In this document: positions 43,752 to 53,369 of the stretch, in pieces
Position numbering within the stretch: the stretch's first letter is position 1
How the letters are laid out: each line of letters opens with the position of its first letter
Made by a program: the position numbers and the translations under genes
Notes under the pieces: model-generated
What the model was told of the DNA's origin: nothing
Databases searched by the model: none
What the model saw: only the letters and a program-made list of their open reading frames with translations
Sequence record: MZ726791.1
Strand: one strand, 5' to 3'
From: Escherichia phage vB_EcoM_ASO1A
Length of the DNA: 64,000 nt

Positions 43752-45729
43752 AGGTCGTAAATTGAAAGAGGCTGGTCAGTTTGTTGGTCATTGTGCATGT
43801 CCACGTTGTGGTTCATCAGATGCTGGTTCAATCTATCATCATGACGATGATTCTTATTCGATGACTTGCTTTAGTTGTAACAAAGGTTTCCCAGAGTGGG
43901 ATTTTGATAAAGGACAAATCGTGAGCACTTATTCTACTGGTTCAGACAATAAAAACCGTACTTTCCGTGGGATGGATTTAGACGATGTAAAAGACAACCT
44001 TGAAGCAATGGACTTAAAGGACAGGAAGATTCCTGCAAAAGTTCTTGAGCGTTTGGGTATCAAGGTTGACATTGATAGTGACGGTGAAATTGATGCGCAT
44101 TTCTACCCAACTTACAAACGCAATGAAGATGGCAAGCTAGAGCATGTTGGCTACCGTGTTCGTCACCGTTACCCAGAAGACCATCCAAAAGAGCACCTAC
44201 GCGGTAAGTTAAAAGACTTTTCTGGTGGTGTTGGAGATATTAAAGGTGAACTGGCAATGTTCGGTTCATGGATTGCTCCAGAAGGTGGTAACCGCCTATT
44301 CATCTGGGAAGGTGAGATGGAATGTGCGACAGCAATCTATATGACTTCTCTTGCGATTAAGGACAAGTCTCGTCGTAAGAATTACTGTCACGTATCTGTT
44401 CCATCAGGTGCAAACATCAAGTCTATCAAAGATAACTATCAGTACATTACATCATTTGATGAAATTTACTTGTGCTTTGATAACGATGAAGCAGGTGCTA
44501 AAGCCACTAAAGAGGCTGCTGGTATCCTACCTATTGAGAAGGTTCGTTTATTCCAGTATCCAGAAGGTGTAAAAGACCTTAATGAATGGTGGACAAAGTT
44601 CTATAAAGAGAAAGATACAGTTCTGGAAGGATTTAAGCAGCGTATCTACAATGCACCTCGTTACTGCCCTGCTGGTATCAAGAACTTTGCAGACGGTTTT
44701 GATGCAATGAAGAATCGTGGTCAGATTCCATTGATTCCTTTTCCAGAATCTTTCGGAGACTTGAACAGGCTAACTTACGGTGGTTATGGTTTAGGTGAGA
44801 TTACGACTATTGCAGCACCATCTTCAGTAGGTAAGTCAGCTTACACTCGTGAGATGATTTATTCAGCTTGGAAAGAAACTGATTATAATATCGGTGTAAT
44901 TCCTGTAGAAGATACCTATGAAGAGTTGATGGAAATGCTCTGTGCAATCCACCTGAGCAAACAGATTTCTGAGATTCCTTATGATGAACGGGATTGGGAT
45001 GAATTAAAGGGAGCACACGCAGAGCTTTCAAAAGGTCGTCGCATCCATATCGTTGACCATCAAGGGGCGATTGACCAAGATAACCTGCTGGAGTTTGTTG
45101 ACTATCTTGTTAACAGTTTAGACTGTAAGATTATTATTCTTGACCCTATTACATTGGCTCTGTCACGTTCTGATACGGATGAAGAGGAAGTCTTGTCTGA
45201 ACTATTGCGTCGTTGCAAACGCTACCAGTATGCACAGGTAAACGTTTGTCACGTTCGTAAGAGTGCAGGTGGTCAGAAAGCTAACTCTGAAGGTGGAGAT
45301 ATCTCTGAAGAGGATATTAAGGGTTCTGGTGCGTATTTCCAGATTTCCATGAACAACATTCTGTTAATGCGTAACAAGGTTGACCCAGACCCTGTTAAGA
45401 AAAACTTGACAAAAATCAAGTTAACTAAGTGTCGTCGTCATGGTAAGTCAACAGGTATTGCTGGTCATACTTGGTACAATCCAGACACAGGACGTCTTAT
45501 CAAAGCTTCTGGATGTGGTGTTGACATTGATGGTGCAGCAGAAAATATTCGTCAACAGTTTGGTATTGGTGAAGCTGAAGACCATTATGACGATTCCCTA
45601 CCACATTATGAGGATGAAGTATTTGACCGTGAAACTGGTGAAGTTTATACTGAAGAACAACGTCAAAGTTCAACAATTCCACCAGTCGTAAGTGAGGATG
45701 CAGATGACTGCCCATTCGAAACTGAGTGA
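43744..45729 (+). CDS. DNA primase-helicase (T7 gp4-like)
   Basis: N-terminal zinc ribbon CACPRCGSSD ... CFSC, Walker A in C-terminal half; track start GTG moved to ATG. Confidence 0.8.
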   Translation: MSKGRKLKEAGQFVGHCACPRCGSSDAGSIYHHDDDSYSMTCFSCNKGFPEWDFDKGQIVSTYSTGSDNKNRTFRGMDLDDVKDNLEAMDLKDRKIPAKVLERLGIKVDIDSDGEIDAHFYPTYKRNEDGKLEHVGYRVRHRYPEDHPKEHLRGKLKDFSGGVGDIKGELAMFGSWIAPEGGNRLFIWEGEMECATAIYMTSLAIKDKSRRKNYCHVSVPSGANIKSIKDNYQYITSFDEIYLCFDNDEAGAKATKEAAGILPIEKVRLFQYPEGVKDLNEWWTKFYKEKDTVLEGFKQRIYNAPRYCPAGIKNFADGFDAMKNRGQIPLIPFPESFGDLNRLTYGGYGLGEITTIAAPSSVGKSAYTREMIYSAWKETDYNIGVIPVEDTYEELMEMLCAIHLSKQISEIPYDERDWDELKGAHAELSKGRRIHIVDHQGAIDQDNLLEFVDYLVNSLDCKIIILDPITLALSRSDTDEEEVLSELLRRCKRYQYAQVNVCHVRKSAGGQKANSEGGDISEEDIKGSGAYFQISMNNILLMRNKVDPDPVKKNLTKIKLTKCRRHGKSTGIAGHTWYNPDTGRLIKASGCGVDIDGAAENIRQQFGIGEAEDHYDDSLPHYEDEVFDRETGEVYTEEQRQSSTIPPVVSEDADDCPFETE

Positions 45730-45981
45730 TAGTTACAGAAGAGAGGGGTTCACACCCTTCTTTGAAGAAAAAAGTTTAAATGAATTTCAGGAAGAGTGTT
45801 TGACAAAGGTTGATAGGTTCTATAGAATGCTCTACATGAAATGTGATGGGGGTGTTGAGGTAGAAGAAAAGTTCCATCACAGTATGATAACAGTCACTAT
45901 TACTATACCTCGACATAATATTGGTTGGCTGTTTATAATTAAAGAAAATGTGTTTGAATATCAAGTATATCGGAGAATATC

Positions 45982-46131
45982 ATGAAACACTCTAAAGCAT
46001 TTGAACAAGTTTTTGGGGATTCCTTAAAAGCCACTGCTGGTAAACCAGCAAAATACTATGAAGAGAAGCGTGTAAGAACTGGAAAAACTGCACGTAAAGC
46101 AGCTTCTAAAGATAAGCACAACTTCCAGTAA
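45982..46131 (+). CDS. small basic protein (about 49 aa, not in ORF track)
   Basis: ATG-initiated ORF MKHSKAFEQVFGDSLKATAGKPAKYYEEKRVRTGKTARKAASKDKHNFQ. Confidence 0.3.
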   Translation: MKHSKAFEQVFGDSLKATAGKPAKYYEEKRVRTGKTARKAASKDKHNFQ

Positions 46132-46203
46132 TTAATGTTTGACAATAGAGTATCAACAAATTAGAATTGGTACTCTTCATAAATTGAGATAGAGGTTTAA
46201 ATA

Positions 46204-47061
46204 ATGTCTAAAGTTGTTAAAATGAAAGCTCCGGTAGAGAAGTACAATGGTACTGAACGTCAAACTCTGCGTTACCTTCTGAAAGATGTTTGGTTTTATT
46301 ACCTGAACACTTCACCACGTCCGGGAAAAGGTAAATCCATTGATAAGAAATTCCCAGGCAAAGACTGCAACTACAGTGTTTCAATTCTGGCAGAAGATGG
46401 TAACAAGCTGTTTAAAGAGTTTACTAAGTCTAAGAAAAACCCAGAAGGTTGGGATAAAGTTACTACTGAAGCAGTTGATGCAGATGACTTCGAAGAGAAG
46501 TTTGGTTGTAAACCACCTTTTGAAGCAGACACTTACTACATCTTGAAAGTAAGTCGTGCAGCAGCTTATAAAGATGGTGCTGTATGGACAGCTAAACAGT
46601 CATTCCCTGTGATGCTGATTGAAGAAGTAAATGGTAAGCGTGTAGCTGTTAAACAGCCGATGAAGAAAATCAAAGCTCAAGCATCTGATAAACATGAAGA
46701 TGACAAGAACTATGATGTAATTCATCCAGATATTGCAGTCGGTAACGGTTCTTTTGGTAGTGTGATTCTTTCTACTCACTTCTACACTTTTGAGAACAAT
46801 GTTCTGACAAAACCTATTCAGGAACAGTTTATCATTGATACTCTTGTACCTTACACTGGTGGTAACGGTGCTAATGGTGAACCTGAACTGGATGAAGATG
46901 AACTGGCTATGCTTGGTCTTGATGGTGTTGAAGATAACGGTGAAATCACTGAAGAAGACGCAACAGACCATAAACCTTCGAATGCTTCTGATGATGGTGA
47001 CGATGAAGACTTGCCAGACCCAGATGACGAAGAAGATGAAGACTTCGATACAGAAGACTAA
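46204..47061 (+). CDS. single-stranded DNA-binding protein (putative)
   Basis: 285 aa with strongly acidic C-terminal tail (DDGDDEDLPDPDDEEDEDFDTED); located between primase-helicase and exonuclease. Confidence 0.55.
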   Translation: MSKVVKMKAPVEKYNGTERQTLRYLLKDVWFYYLNTSPRPGKGKSIDKKFPGKDCNYSVSILAEDGNKLFKEFTKSKKNPEGWDKVTTEAVDADDFEEKFGCKPPFEADTYYILKVSRAAAYKDGAVWTAKQSFPVMLIEEVNGKRVAVKQPMKKIKAQASDKHEDDKNYDVIHPDIAVGNGSFGSVILSTHFYTFENNVLTKPIQEQFIIDTLVPYTGGNGANGEPELDEDELAMLGLDGVEDNGEITEEDATDHKPSNASDDGDDEDLPDPDDEEDEDFDTED

Positions 47062-47123
47062 TCTCTAAAAGTTACTTTAAAGCCCTGTACTCAGTATGGG
47101 GCTTTTTCATATGGAGAGCCATA

Positions 47124-48170
47124 ATGGAGAAGTACACATTAACAAAACTTCCCGATTCAGTTACACATGTTTTTATTGACTCTGACAGTATTGCCTACAA
47201 AGGTGCTTGTGTAGTTGAGAAAGCAAAATATAAATATGTCAATAAACTCACAGCAGAAGAATCTGAGCCATTTGATAATGCGAAAGATGCTGCAAGATGG
47301 TTAGCAGACCAGAGAATCCTTGTGGAAGAACTTGGCCTGACATTTGATGAAGATGAATGGGAAAGACAGACTTGGAAAGAAGCTAAGAGTGAAAAAGAAG
47401 CTATCATGGCTACTCAACAGGTGCTTCAGGAATGGCTTAAGGTTGTTGGGAAAGAAAGAACTTGGGTAGGTTATTTAACAGAGAAAGGTGTACATAAACA
47501 TAAAGACATTAAAGGTCTTGAGCACCAATATCAAGGTAACCGTAAAGATGCTGTCACACCAACACACTTAGTTGCTTGTCGTGAGTATCTTCTGTCAAGA
47601 CCAGAGTTCAAATTGATTCTTGATGGATTTGAAGCTGACTCTATCGTTATTGCTAAAGCTGAAAAGATGGGAAAAAAGGCTGCCTTGATGAGTATTGATA
47701 AAGACCTTCGCCAAGCTGAAGGGACTTACTGCATTGATATGACCTATGAAAAGTCGCCTTTGATTTTTATTGCTGATAACAACGTTGGTGAAATTTGGGA
47801 TTGTCCAATAAAATCGACACCAAAAGCTAAGAAGGCAGTTGGGGTAGGTTTTAAATTTCTTTGTTACCAAGCTGTGGCTGGTGATAATGCTGATAATTAT
47901 TTTGGTTTAAAGGGCGTTGGTAAGGCTACTGTAATGAAAGCCCTTGAAGGTAAAACTACTTATAAAGAGTGTCTTGATGCTATCTATGAACTTTATGCTA
48001 AGAAAGAGTCCTATACTTATGTCTCGTGGGATGGTCAAACAATTACCAGAACACCTTTAGAGTTAATGCAGCAACACTTTTTCTTAGCTTATCAGGAAAG
48101 AAACAAGAAAGACGATTTCACTTTTGATAAGTATGGGTGGACACCAAATGTTAACTCAACAAACTCTTAA
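47124..48170 (+). CDS. 5'-3' exonuclease / flap endonuclease
   Basis: FEADSIVIAKAEK region and helix-hairpin-helix-like FGLKGVGKATVMKAL. Confidence 0.65.
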   Translation: MEKYTLTKLPDSVTHVFIDSDSIAYKGACVVEKAKYKYVNKLTAEESEPFDNAKDAARWLADQRILVEELGLTFDEDEWERQTWKEAKSEKEAIMATQQVLQEWLKVVGKERTWVGYLTEKGVHKHKDIKGLEHQYQGNRKDAVTPTHLVACREYLLSRPEFKLILDGFEADSIVIAKAEKMGKKAALMSIDKDLRQAEGTYCIDMTYEKSPLIFIADNNVGEIWDCPIKSTPKAKKAVGVGFKFLCYQAVAGDNADNYFGLKGVGKATVMKALEGKTTYKECLDAIYELYAKKESYTYVSWDGQTITRTPLELMQQHFFLAYQERNKKDDFTFDKYGWTPNVNSTNS

Positions 48171-48648
48171 AGAATACCTGCACTATGACCCCGAAACAGG
48201 GGTCTTTACTTGGTTAGTTGGTAGAAAAGGTAAGGCCAAAGCTGGCTCAGTAGCAGGTCTTAAACATCATAGTGGTTATATCTATATAAAACTCTTCGGA
48301 AAAAGATATGCAGCACACAGACTGGCATTCTTGTATATGAAAGGATACCTCCCAAAATTTGTTGACCACAAAAATGGTATCAGGCACGACAACTGGTTCG
48401 ACAATTTGAGAGAGTGTAGCAGGTCAGACAACAACTGCAATGCAGTCAAAAGAAAAGATAATAAGTCTGGTGTGAAGGGTGTATATTACCACAAGCAAAG
48501 AGGTAGATGGGCTGCACAAGTCAAGCATAATAAAGTATGCTACCATCTAGGTTTATTTGACTCTATCACTGAGGCTGAATCAGTTGTCAAAAAGAAAAGA
48601 GAAGAACTCCATAGAGAGTTTACAAATCACGGAGAAGCTCATGAATGA
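48148..48648 (+). CDS. HNH homing endonuclease with AP2-like domain (paralog 2)
   Basis: YDPETGVFTW motif; VDHKNGIRHDNWFDNLRECSRSDN; track start TTG at 48124 moved to in-frame ATG. Confidence 0.7.
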   Translation: MLTQQTLKEYLHYDPETGVFTWLVGRKGKAKAGSVAGLKHHSGYIYIKLFGKRYAAHRLAFLYMKGYLPKFVDHKNGIRHDNWFDNLRECSRSDNNCNAVKRKDNKSGVKGVYYHKQRGRWAAQVKHNKVCYHLGLFDSITEAESVVKKKREELHREFTNHGEAHE

Positions 48649-49145
48649 TTAAAGTTAAAGGTTTTGGGAGTTGCCCCACTTATGGTCACTGGATTTCACT
48701 ATGTGGTGAAGTTGACCCAGCAAAGCACTTTGGTTTTGTCTACCTAGTGTACTGCAAAAAGACTGGACAGTACTATTTGGGTAAGAAACAGCTTAACAGT
48801 GTGACAAAAAGAAAAGTTGCTGGGAAGACTCGGAAGAAGGTAGTCACTAAGGAGAGTGATTGGATGACTTACGAAACCTCTTCTGAGTATATTAAAAAAG
48901 ATATTGAAAGCTTTGGAAAAGAATCTTTTGATTTTTACATTATTCAAACCTACTACACAAAAGGTGGTCTAGTTTATGGTGAAGCAAACCTTCAACATAA
49001 ATTCGATGTAATGACAAAAAGGATTGACTCTAAGCTCAGACTCTTCTACAATGCCAATATTGCAGCAATTAAGTTTATTACTAAAGAAACTTATGAAGAT
49101 GCTGAAAAAAGAATCCATAAGGTAATGAAAGCAAACTGTGCTTGA
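48645..49145 (+). CDS. GIY-YIG-like homing endonuclease (putative)
   Basis: FVYLVYCKKTGQYYLGKK matches GIY-(10 aa)-YIG spacing; tandem with HNH gene. Confidence 0.5.
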   Translation: MIKVKGFGSCPTYGHWISLCGEVDPAKHFGFVYLVYCKKTGQYYLGKKQLNSVTKRKVAGKTRKKVVTKESDWMTYETSSEYIKKDIESFGKESFDFYIIQTYYTKGGLVYGEANLQHKFDVMTKRIDSKLRLFYNANIAAIKFITKETYEDAEKRIHKVMKANCA

Positions 49146-49166
49146 TAACTATTGAGAGAGAATAAA

Positions 49167-49415
49167 ATGTTTAACAAAAGTAAAGCTGTGAGTCATGTAG
49201 CAAAAGTTGATAGCAAGATTGAAGAACTTGAGCACATTCTTGCAAATGCCAGAGAGTCAATAATTAAAGAGGTTGAAGCTGTTGAATCTCAAATGCAGCA
49301 CCTAATGCTTAAACGTCAAGAGCTACGTGAGCATCTGGAATATATTGAAACACGAGAGCTAAAGGTTAACAGATATTTTAAGGAGTCAGAATGTTTAACT
49401 CAAGAGAATCAGTAA
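49167..49415 (+). CDS. hypothetical coiled-coil protein
   Basis: Track start TTG at 49152 moved to ATG after GAGAGAG SD. Confidence 0.45.
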   Translation: MFNKSKAVSHVAKVDSKIEELEHILANARESIIKEVEAVESQMQHLMLKRQELREHLEYIETRELKVNRYFKESECLTQENQ

Positions 49416-50146
49416 AAAACTGGAATCTTCGTTGTGGAAACACTCAAAAGCAACCCTACAGCAATGAGTATTGGGAATCTTTGAAATCTCAATCTCTATG
49501 TATGCTTGAAGAAGCAAAAGAGCTTGTAAAAGCAATTGAAGAGAAAGACCCCATTGAGACACTGGATGCTCAGGCAGATTTGCAATATGTTCTTGACGGT
49601 TTGATTTACCTGTCACAACATGACCATAATGGTGCTATGGAAGCTGTTTGCCATAACAATGACCTAAAATACACAGACAACTATGAAGAAGCTTTAAAAC
49701 GTCTTGCAGATATCGAGAAGCGTACTGGTCAAGAGTGTATCATCAGAATGTCAGTAGTTGATGGCAAAGAATGGTATGCAATTGTTCGTGCAGCCGATGG
49801 GAAGATTATGAAGCAATCTAATCTCCCTAAAGTTCAGCTTGGTGAATACATTGTAGAACTTGAAAGCCAAGAACTTTTTGTGGTAGTATCTGAGACATGC
49901 GTTATCTGCAAAGGTATTGTATGTAGCTTAAAGGATTTGGGTGTAGATGGTTTTGTAGAAGTTAATCCAATTACCTCTAAAGCAGATAAAGATTTCTGTA
50001 AAGAGAATGGACTATGGATTGCAGATATTGTCTACTATGATGGTGAGCAGTTCCATGTAACCTCATACCCAAAACTGAATTATGATGCTAATAACCTGAA
50101 GTGCTGGTTAAAAGGGGTTGGTTATAATGGATTCACAGAACATTAA
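49391..50146 (+). CDS. hypothetical protein with possible MazG-like N-terminal domain
   Basis: 251 aa; EEAKELVKAIEEKD ... DLQYVLDGL resembles MazG-type motifs (weak); AGGAG SD. Confidence 0.45.
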   Translation: MFNSRESVKNWNLRCGNTQKQPYSNEYWESLKSQSLCMLEEAKELVKAIEEKDPIETLDAQADLQYVLDGLIYLSQHDHNGAMEAVCHNNDLKYTDNYEEALKRLADIEKRTGQECIIRMSVVDGKEWYAIVRAADGKIMKQSNLPKVQLGEYIVELESQELFVVVSETCVICKGIVCSLKDLGVDGFVEVNPITSKADKDFCKENGLWIADIVYYDGEQFHVTSYPKLNYDANNLKCWLKGVGYNGFTEH

Positions 50147-50450
50147 TAAAGAAGGTGTGGCTCAGAAGAGCCACTTCTCAAACTACAATATCTCTATGAC
50201 GGTGTTTATGAATGACCCGTTACTTGAGAAGTATGGTGAGACTCCAGATACACTTCTGGATAATGAACAAGTTTTAAAAGCAGTTCTGTACAAATACGGG
50301 ATTGATATTGAGAAAGAGTATTCTTTTGAAATCTGTCAACACAGGAATGCTTTTGGTAAAGTTGTAATGGCTCCACTCTTCATGGGTGTAGAAAGAACTG
50401 ACTATGGTTGGTTATATCTAAAAAGAAACTTGGAGAAATACCGTGTCTAA
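50127..50450 (+). CDS. hypothetical protein
   Basis: Track start TTG at 50118 moved to ATG (MDSQN) after AAAGGGG. Confidence 0.4.
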   Translation: MDSQNINKEGVAQKSHFSNYNISMTVFMNDPLLEKYGETPDTLLDNEQVLKAVLYKYGIDIEKEYSFEICQHRNAFGKVVMAPLFMGVERTDYGWLYLKRNLEKYRV

Positions 50451-50775
50451 AGCAAAAAAGCTATCTTATGATGACATTATCTCAGGTGCTAAATTAGGTG
50501 TTGATAGTATCGGACAAGATGTTAAGCACGGGGACACAGTCATGTACTGTGACGACAGAAGAGGCAGAAGTGCAATCTTGTTTGGAAGAGTTGTGTGCAA
50601 GATGCGAGGTAATTACGTTGTTGAAGACATGAATGTGGATGTCACAAAACAGCTTGAAATAATTATGAATAGTAATATATCATGGTTCGTGAATTGTATG
50701 CACACCTCTTCAGTCACAAAGGTAAGTGATAAGTTTTACGATATGTGGCAGAATGAGCAAATTTTCAAGATTTAA
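50443..50775 (+). CDS. hypothetical protein
   Basis: 110 aa, GTG start with GGAG upstream. Confidence 0.4.
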   Translation: MSKAKKLSYDDIISGAKLGVDSIGQDVKHGDTVMYCDDRRGRSAILFGRVVCKMRGNYVVEDMNVDVTKQLEIIMNSNISWFVNCMHTSSVTKVSDKFYDMWQNEQIFKI

Positions 50776-50780
50776 ACTAG

Positions 50781-50810
50781 GGAGCCTCTTCGGAGGCTCT
50801 TTTCATCTGT
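50781..50810 (+). terminator. rho-independent terminator (GGAGCCTC-TTCG-GAGGCTC + T-run)
   Basis: Read directly. Confidence 0.65.
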
Positions 50811-50821
50811 AGGATTCAAAA

Positions 50822-53056
50822 ATGATTAAGACAATTAAAAAATCAAACGGTACAGTAGTAAGCTTTGACCCAGAAAGACTGAATAAGTGGGCATCATGGG
50901 CAGATAAGCGTGGAATCATCTGGTCAGAAGTCACTATGGAAGCCATGAAACGTGTCTATGAAGGTTGCACTACAAAAGAGATGCACCAAGCTATGATTGA
51001 TGTTTGTGTTGATAAACAAACTCAAGAGTACTCAGACATGGCTGGACGGCTACTTCTAGGAATTATCTACAAAGAAGCCTTTGGAGGCTTTACTAAGGTT
51101 CCTACGCTGGTTACCTTCGTTAAAAATATGGAGAGAGCAGGACTTTGGGAGAAGATGGATTACTCACAGGAAGAGCTTGAATACCTGCAAGGTTACATCG
51201 TGCACTCAAAAGATATCTCTTACGGTTATGCAGTCTTGAAACAGTTCAGAGACAAGTATGGTATCCGTGATATTAAAACGGGAAGACTTTTTGAGTCACC
51301 ACAATTTATGTTTATGGGTATGGCTATGAAAGCCTTTGAGAAGCAACCAAAGCACCGTAGACTGCAAGATGTTATCAAGCTGTACACTTACCTATCTGAC
51401 CTGAAGATTAACGCTCCTACGCCTTATTTAAACGGTTTGAGGGCAACTAAATCAGGTTATGCGTCATGCTGCTTGATTAAGGCAAACGATACTGCTGAAT
51501 CACTTGGTATTGCTGCAAAGGTTGCTTATGATATGACTACAAAGCAAGCTGGTATCGGTATGCTGATGGAGACTCGCACTATTGGTGATGGTATCCGTCA
51601 AAACACTATCGAACACATGGGTAAACTGCCTTATTACAAGCTTGTACGTTCATCTGTAGAGGCAAACAAACAGAAGAGTCGTGGTGGTTCAGCTAATAAC
51701 TTCTACACTGCTCTAGACCCGCAGATTGAAGATTTACTGCGTTTGAAGCACCCTACAACGGTTCCTTCTAAACGTATTAATGAGATGGACTACTCATTCG
51801 GCACAAACGATTATTTCTGGCAGTGTGTTCAGTATGATACAGATTGGTTGCTATTCTCTTACAAAGATGCACCAAAACTCTATGACATGTTCTACACAGC
51901 ATCTGCTGATGAGTTTGCTATGGCAGTTGGTCACGCAGTACATTCAGGAGTTAAGCACAGACGAGTCAAGGCTCGTGAAATTGCTAAGCTGTTTATTCAA
52001 CAGCGTTATGCTACAGGTCGTGTGTATCCATTCTTCACTAACAACGCAAACACACATACACCATTTAAAGAACCATTGAAGATGTCAAATCTTTGTATGG
52101 AAATTGTGTTGCCAGTGTATGGTTTTGAGAAAGAGACAGACCTTTACAGAGACGATGCTGTGAAAGAGGATGGTGAGGTGGCTCTTTGCTTCCTAGCTAG
52201 TTTGGTTGCAGGGAGAATTTCAGAAGATGAATACGCTGACGTTGCTTATTATGCTCTTGCAATGGTTGACTCCGTTATTGACCTTATGGATTATCCGTAT
52301 CCATCGATGCGCAACCATGTTCAGAAGCGTCGTTCTGTTGGGATTGGCCTTACAAATGTGGCTCATTACCTTGCGAAGAACTACGTGAACTACTCTTCAC
52401 GAGCAGGTAAAACGAAACTTCATGAACTGGCAGAGATGCACTCTTACTATCTGCATGAAGCCTCTCTGAGACTTGCTAAAGAGCGTGGCGTTCCAGAGTA
52501 CATGAAGTTCACTAAGTATCCTGAAGGCTGGGTTCCTCCAAAGACAGCTAACAAGAAGATTGATGAAAAGCATGATGCAAAACTACGATATGATTGGGAT
52601 GACTTAGCACAACGTATCAAAGAAAATGGTGGAATCCGAAACTCTGTATTAGAAGCTTACATGCCTAATGAGAGTTCTTCACTGGCAACTAATACGACAA
52701 ATGGCTTGTACCCAATTCGTGACTTTATTTTAACTAAAAAGTCTGCAACTGGTAACGTGCTGTTTATTGTTCCAGATTATGAAGAGTTGAAGTATGTATA
52801 TGAAATTGCTTGGGGTATTGACACCTTTGACCTGATTGATTGTTATGCAATTGTTCAAAAGTTCACTGGTCAAGCTATCTCTTCAGATTTCTATGTTGAC
52901 TACGCAAAAGCTAAGAAGGTATCATTGGCTCAAGCTTTGAAGTACATGATTTATGCCAACTCGGTAGGTATGAAAACCATGTACTACCTTAACAGTCGCA
53001 TTGGTGTAGGTAAATCTGCACTGCAAGATGCTTATTGCGAGGGTTGTGGTGTTTAG
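50822..53056 (+). CDS. nrdA: ribonucleoside-diphosphate reductase large subunit (class Ia)
   Basis: 744 aa, N-terminal ATP-cone-like region, C-terminal CEGCGV tail; followed by nrdB and glutaredoxin. Confidence 0.85.
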   Translation: MIKTIKKSNGTVVSFDPERLNKWASWADKRGIIWSEVTMEAMKRVYEGCTTKEMHQAMIDVCVDKQTQEYSDMAGRLLLGIIYKEAFGGFTKVPTLVTFVKNMERAGLWEKMDYSQEELEYLQGYIVHSKDISYGYAVLKQFRDKYGIRDIKTGRLFESPQFMFMGMAMKAFEKQPKHRRLQDVIKLYTYLSDLKINAPTPYLNGLRATKSGYASCCLIKANDTAESLGIAAKVAYDMTTKQAGIGMLMETRTIGDGIRQNTIEHMGKLPYYKLVRSSVEANKQKSRGGSANNFYTALDPQIEDLLRLKHPTTVPSKRINEMDYSFGTNDYFWQCVQYDTDWLLFSYKDAPKLYDMFYTASADEFAMAVGHAVHSGVKHRRVKAREIAKLFIQQRYATGRVYPFFTNNANTHTPFKEPLKMSNLCMEIVLPVYGFEKETDLYRDDAVKEDGEVALCFLASLVAGRISEDEYADVAYYALAMVDSVIDLMDYPYPSMRNHVQKRRSVGIGLTNVAHYLAKNYVNYSSRAGKTKLHELAEMHSYYLHEASLRLAKERGVPEYMKFTKYPEGWVPPKTANKKIDEKHDAKLRYDWDDLAQRIKENGGIRNSVLEAYMPNESSSLATNTTNGLYPIRDFILTKKSATGNVLFIVPDYEELKYVYEIAWGIDTFDLIDCYAIVQKFTGQAISSDFYVDYAKAKKVSLAQALKYMIYANSVGMKTMYYLNSRIGVGKSALQDAYCEGCGV

Positions 53057-53111
53057 TTTTAATAACTATGAGGGTCGTAAAAGACCCTCTAAAAATAACT
53101 TTGGAGAGACC

Positions 53112-53369
53112 ATGAAAGATTTAATAGAAAAACATGAGCGACCAATATACTTGCTCTACAAACCCCGCAAAACATTGTACTATGTGAGCAGCACAGGTAT
53201 CATGATAAAGCAGAATGATGACTTATGGGTCACTGGAGCCTCTTACATCTCTACAGCAGATGGTAAAATCTACGCAAGACCTTATGAGATGTTTAACAAA
53301 GAAAATTGGGAAGTTTTAGACAGAAAACAAGCCTTAGAAATGATAAAGAAAGGAGAAATCACGCTATGA
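53112..53369 (+). CDS. hypothetical small protein between nrdA and nrdB
   Basis: Track ORF 53028 trimmed to ATG Met29; stop overlaps nrdB start (ATGA). Confidence 0.4.
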   Translation: MKDLIEKHERPIYLLYKPRKTLYYVSSTGIMIKQNDDLWVTGASYISTADGKIYARPYEMFNKENWEVLDRKQALEMIKKGEITL

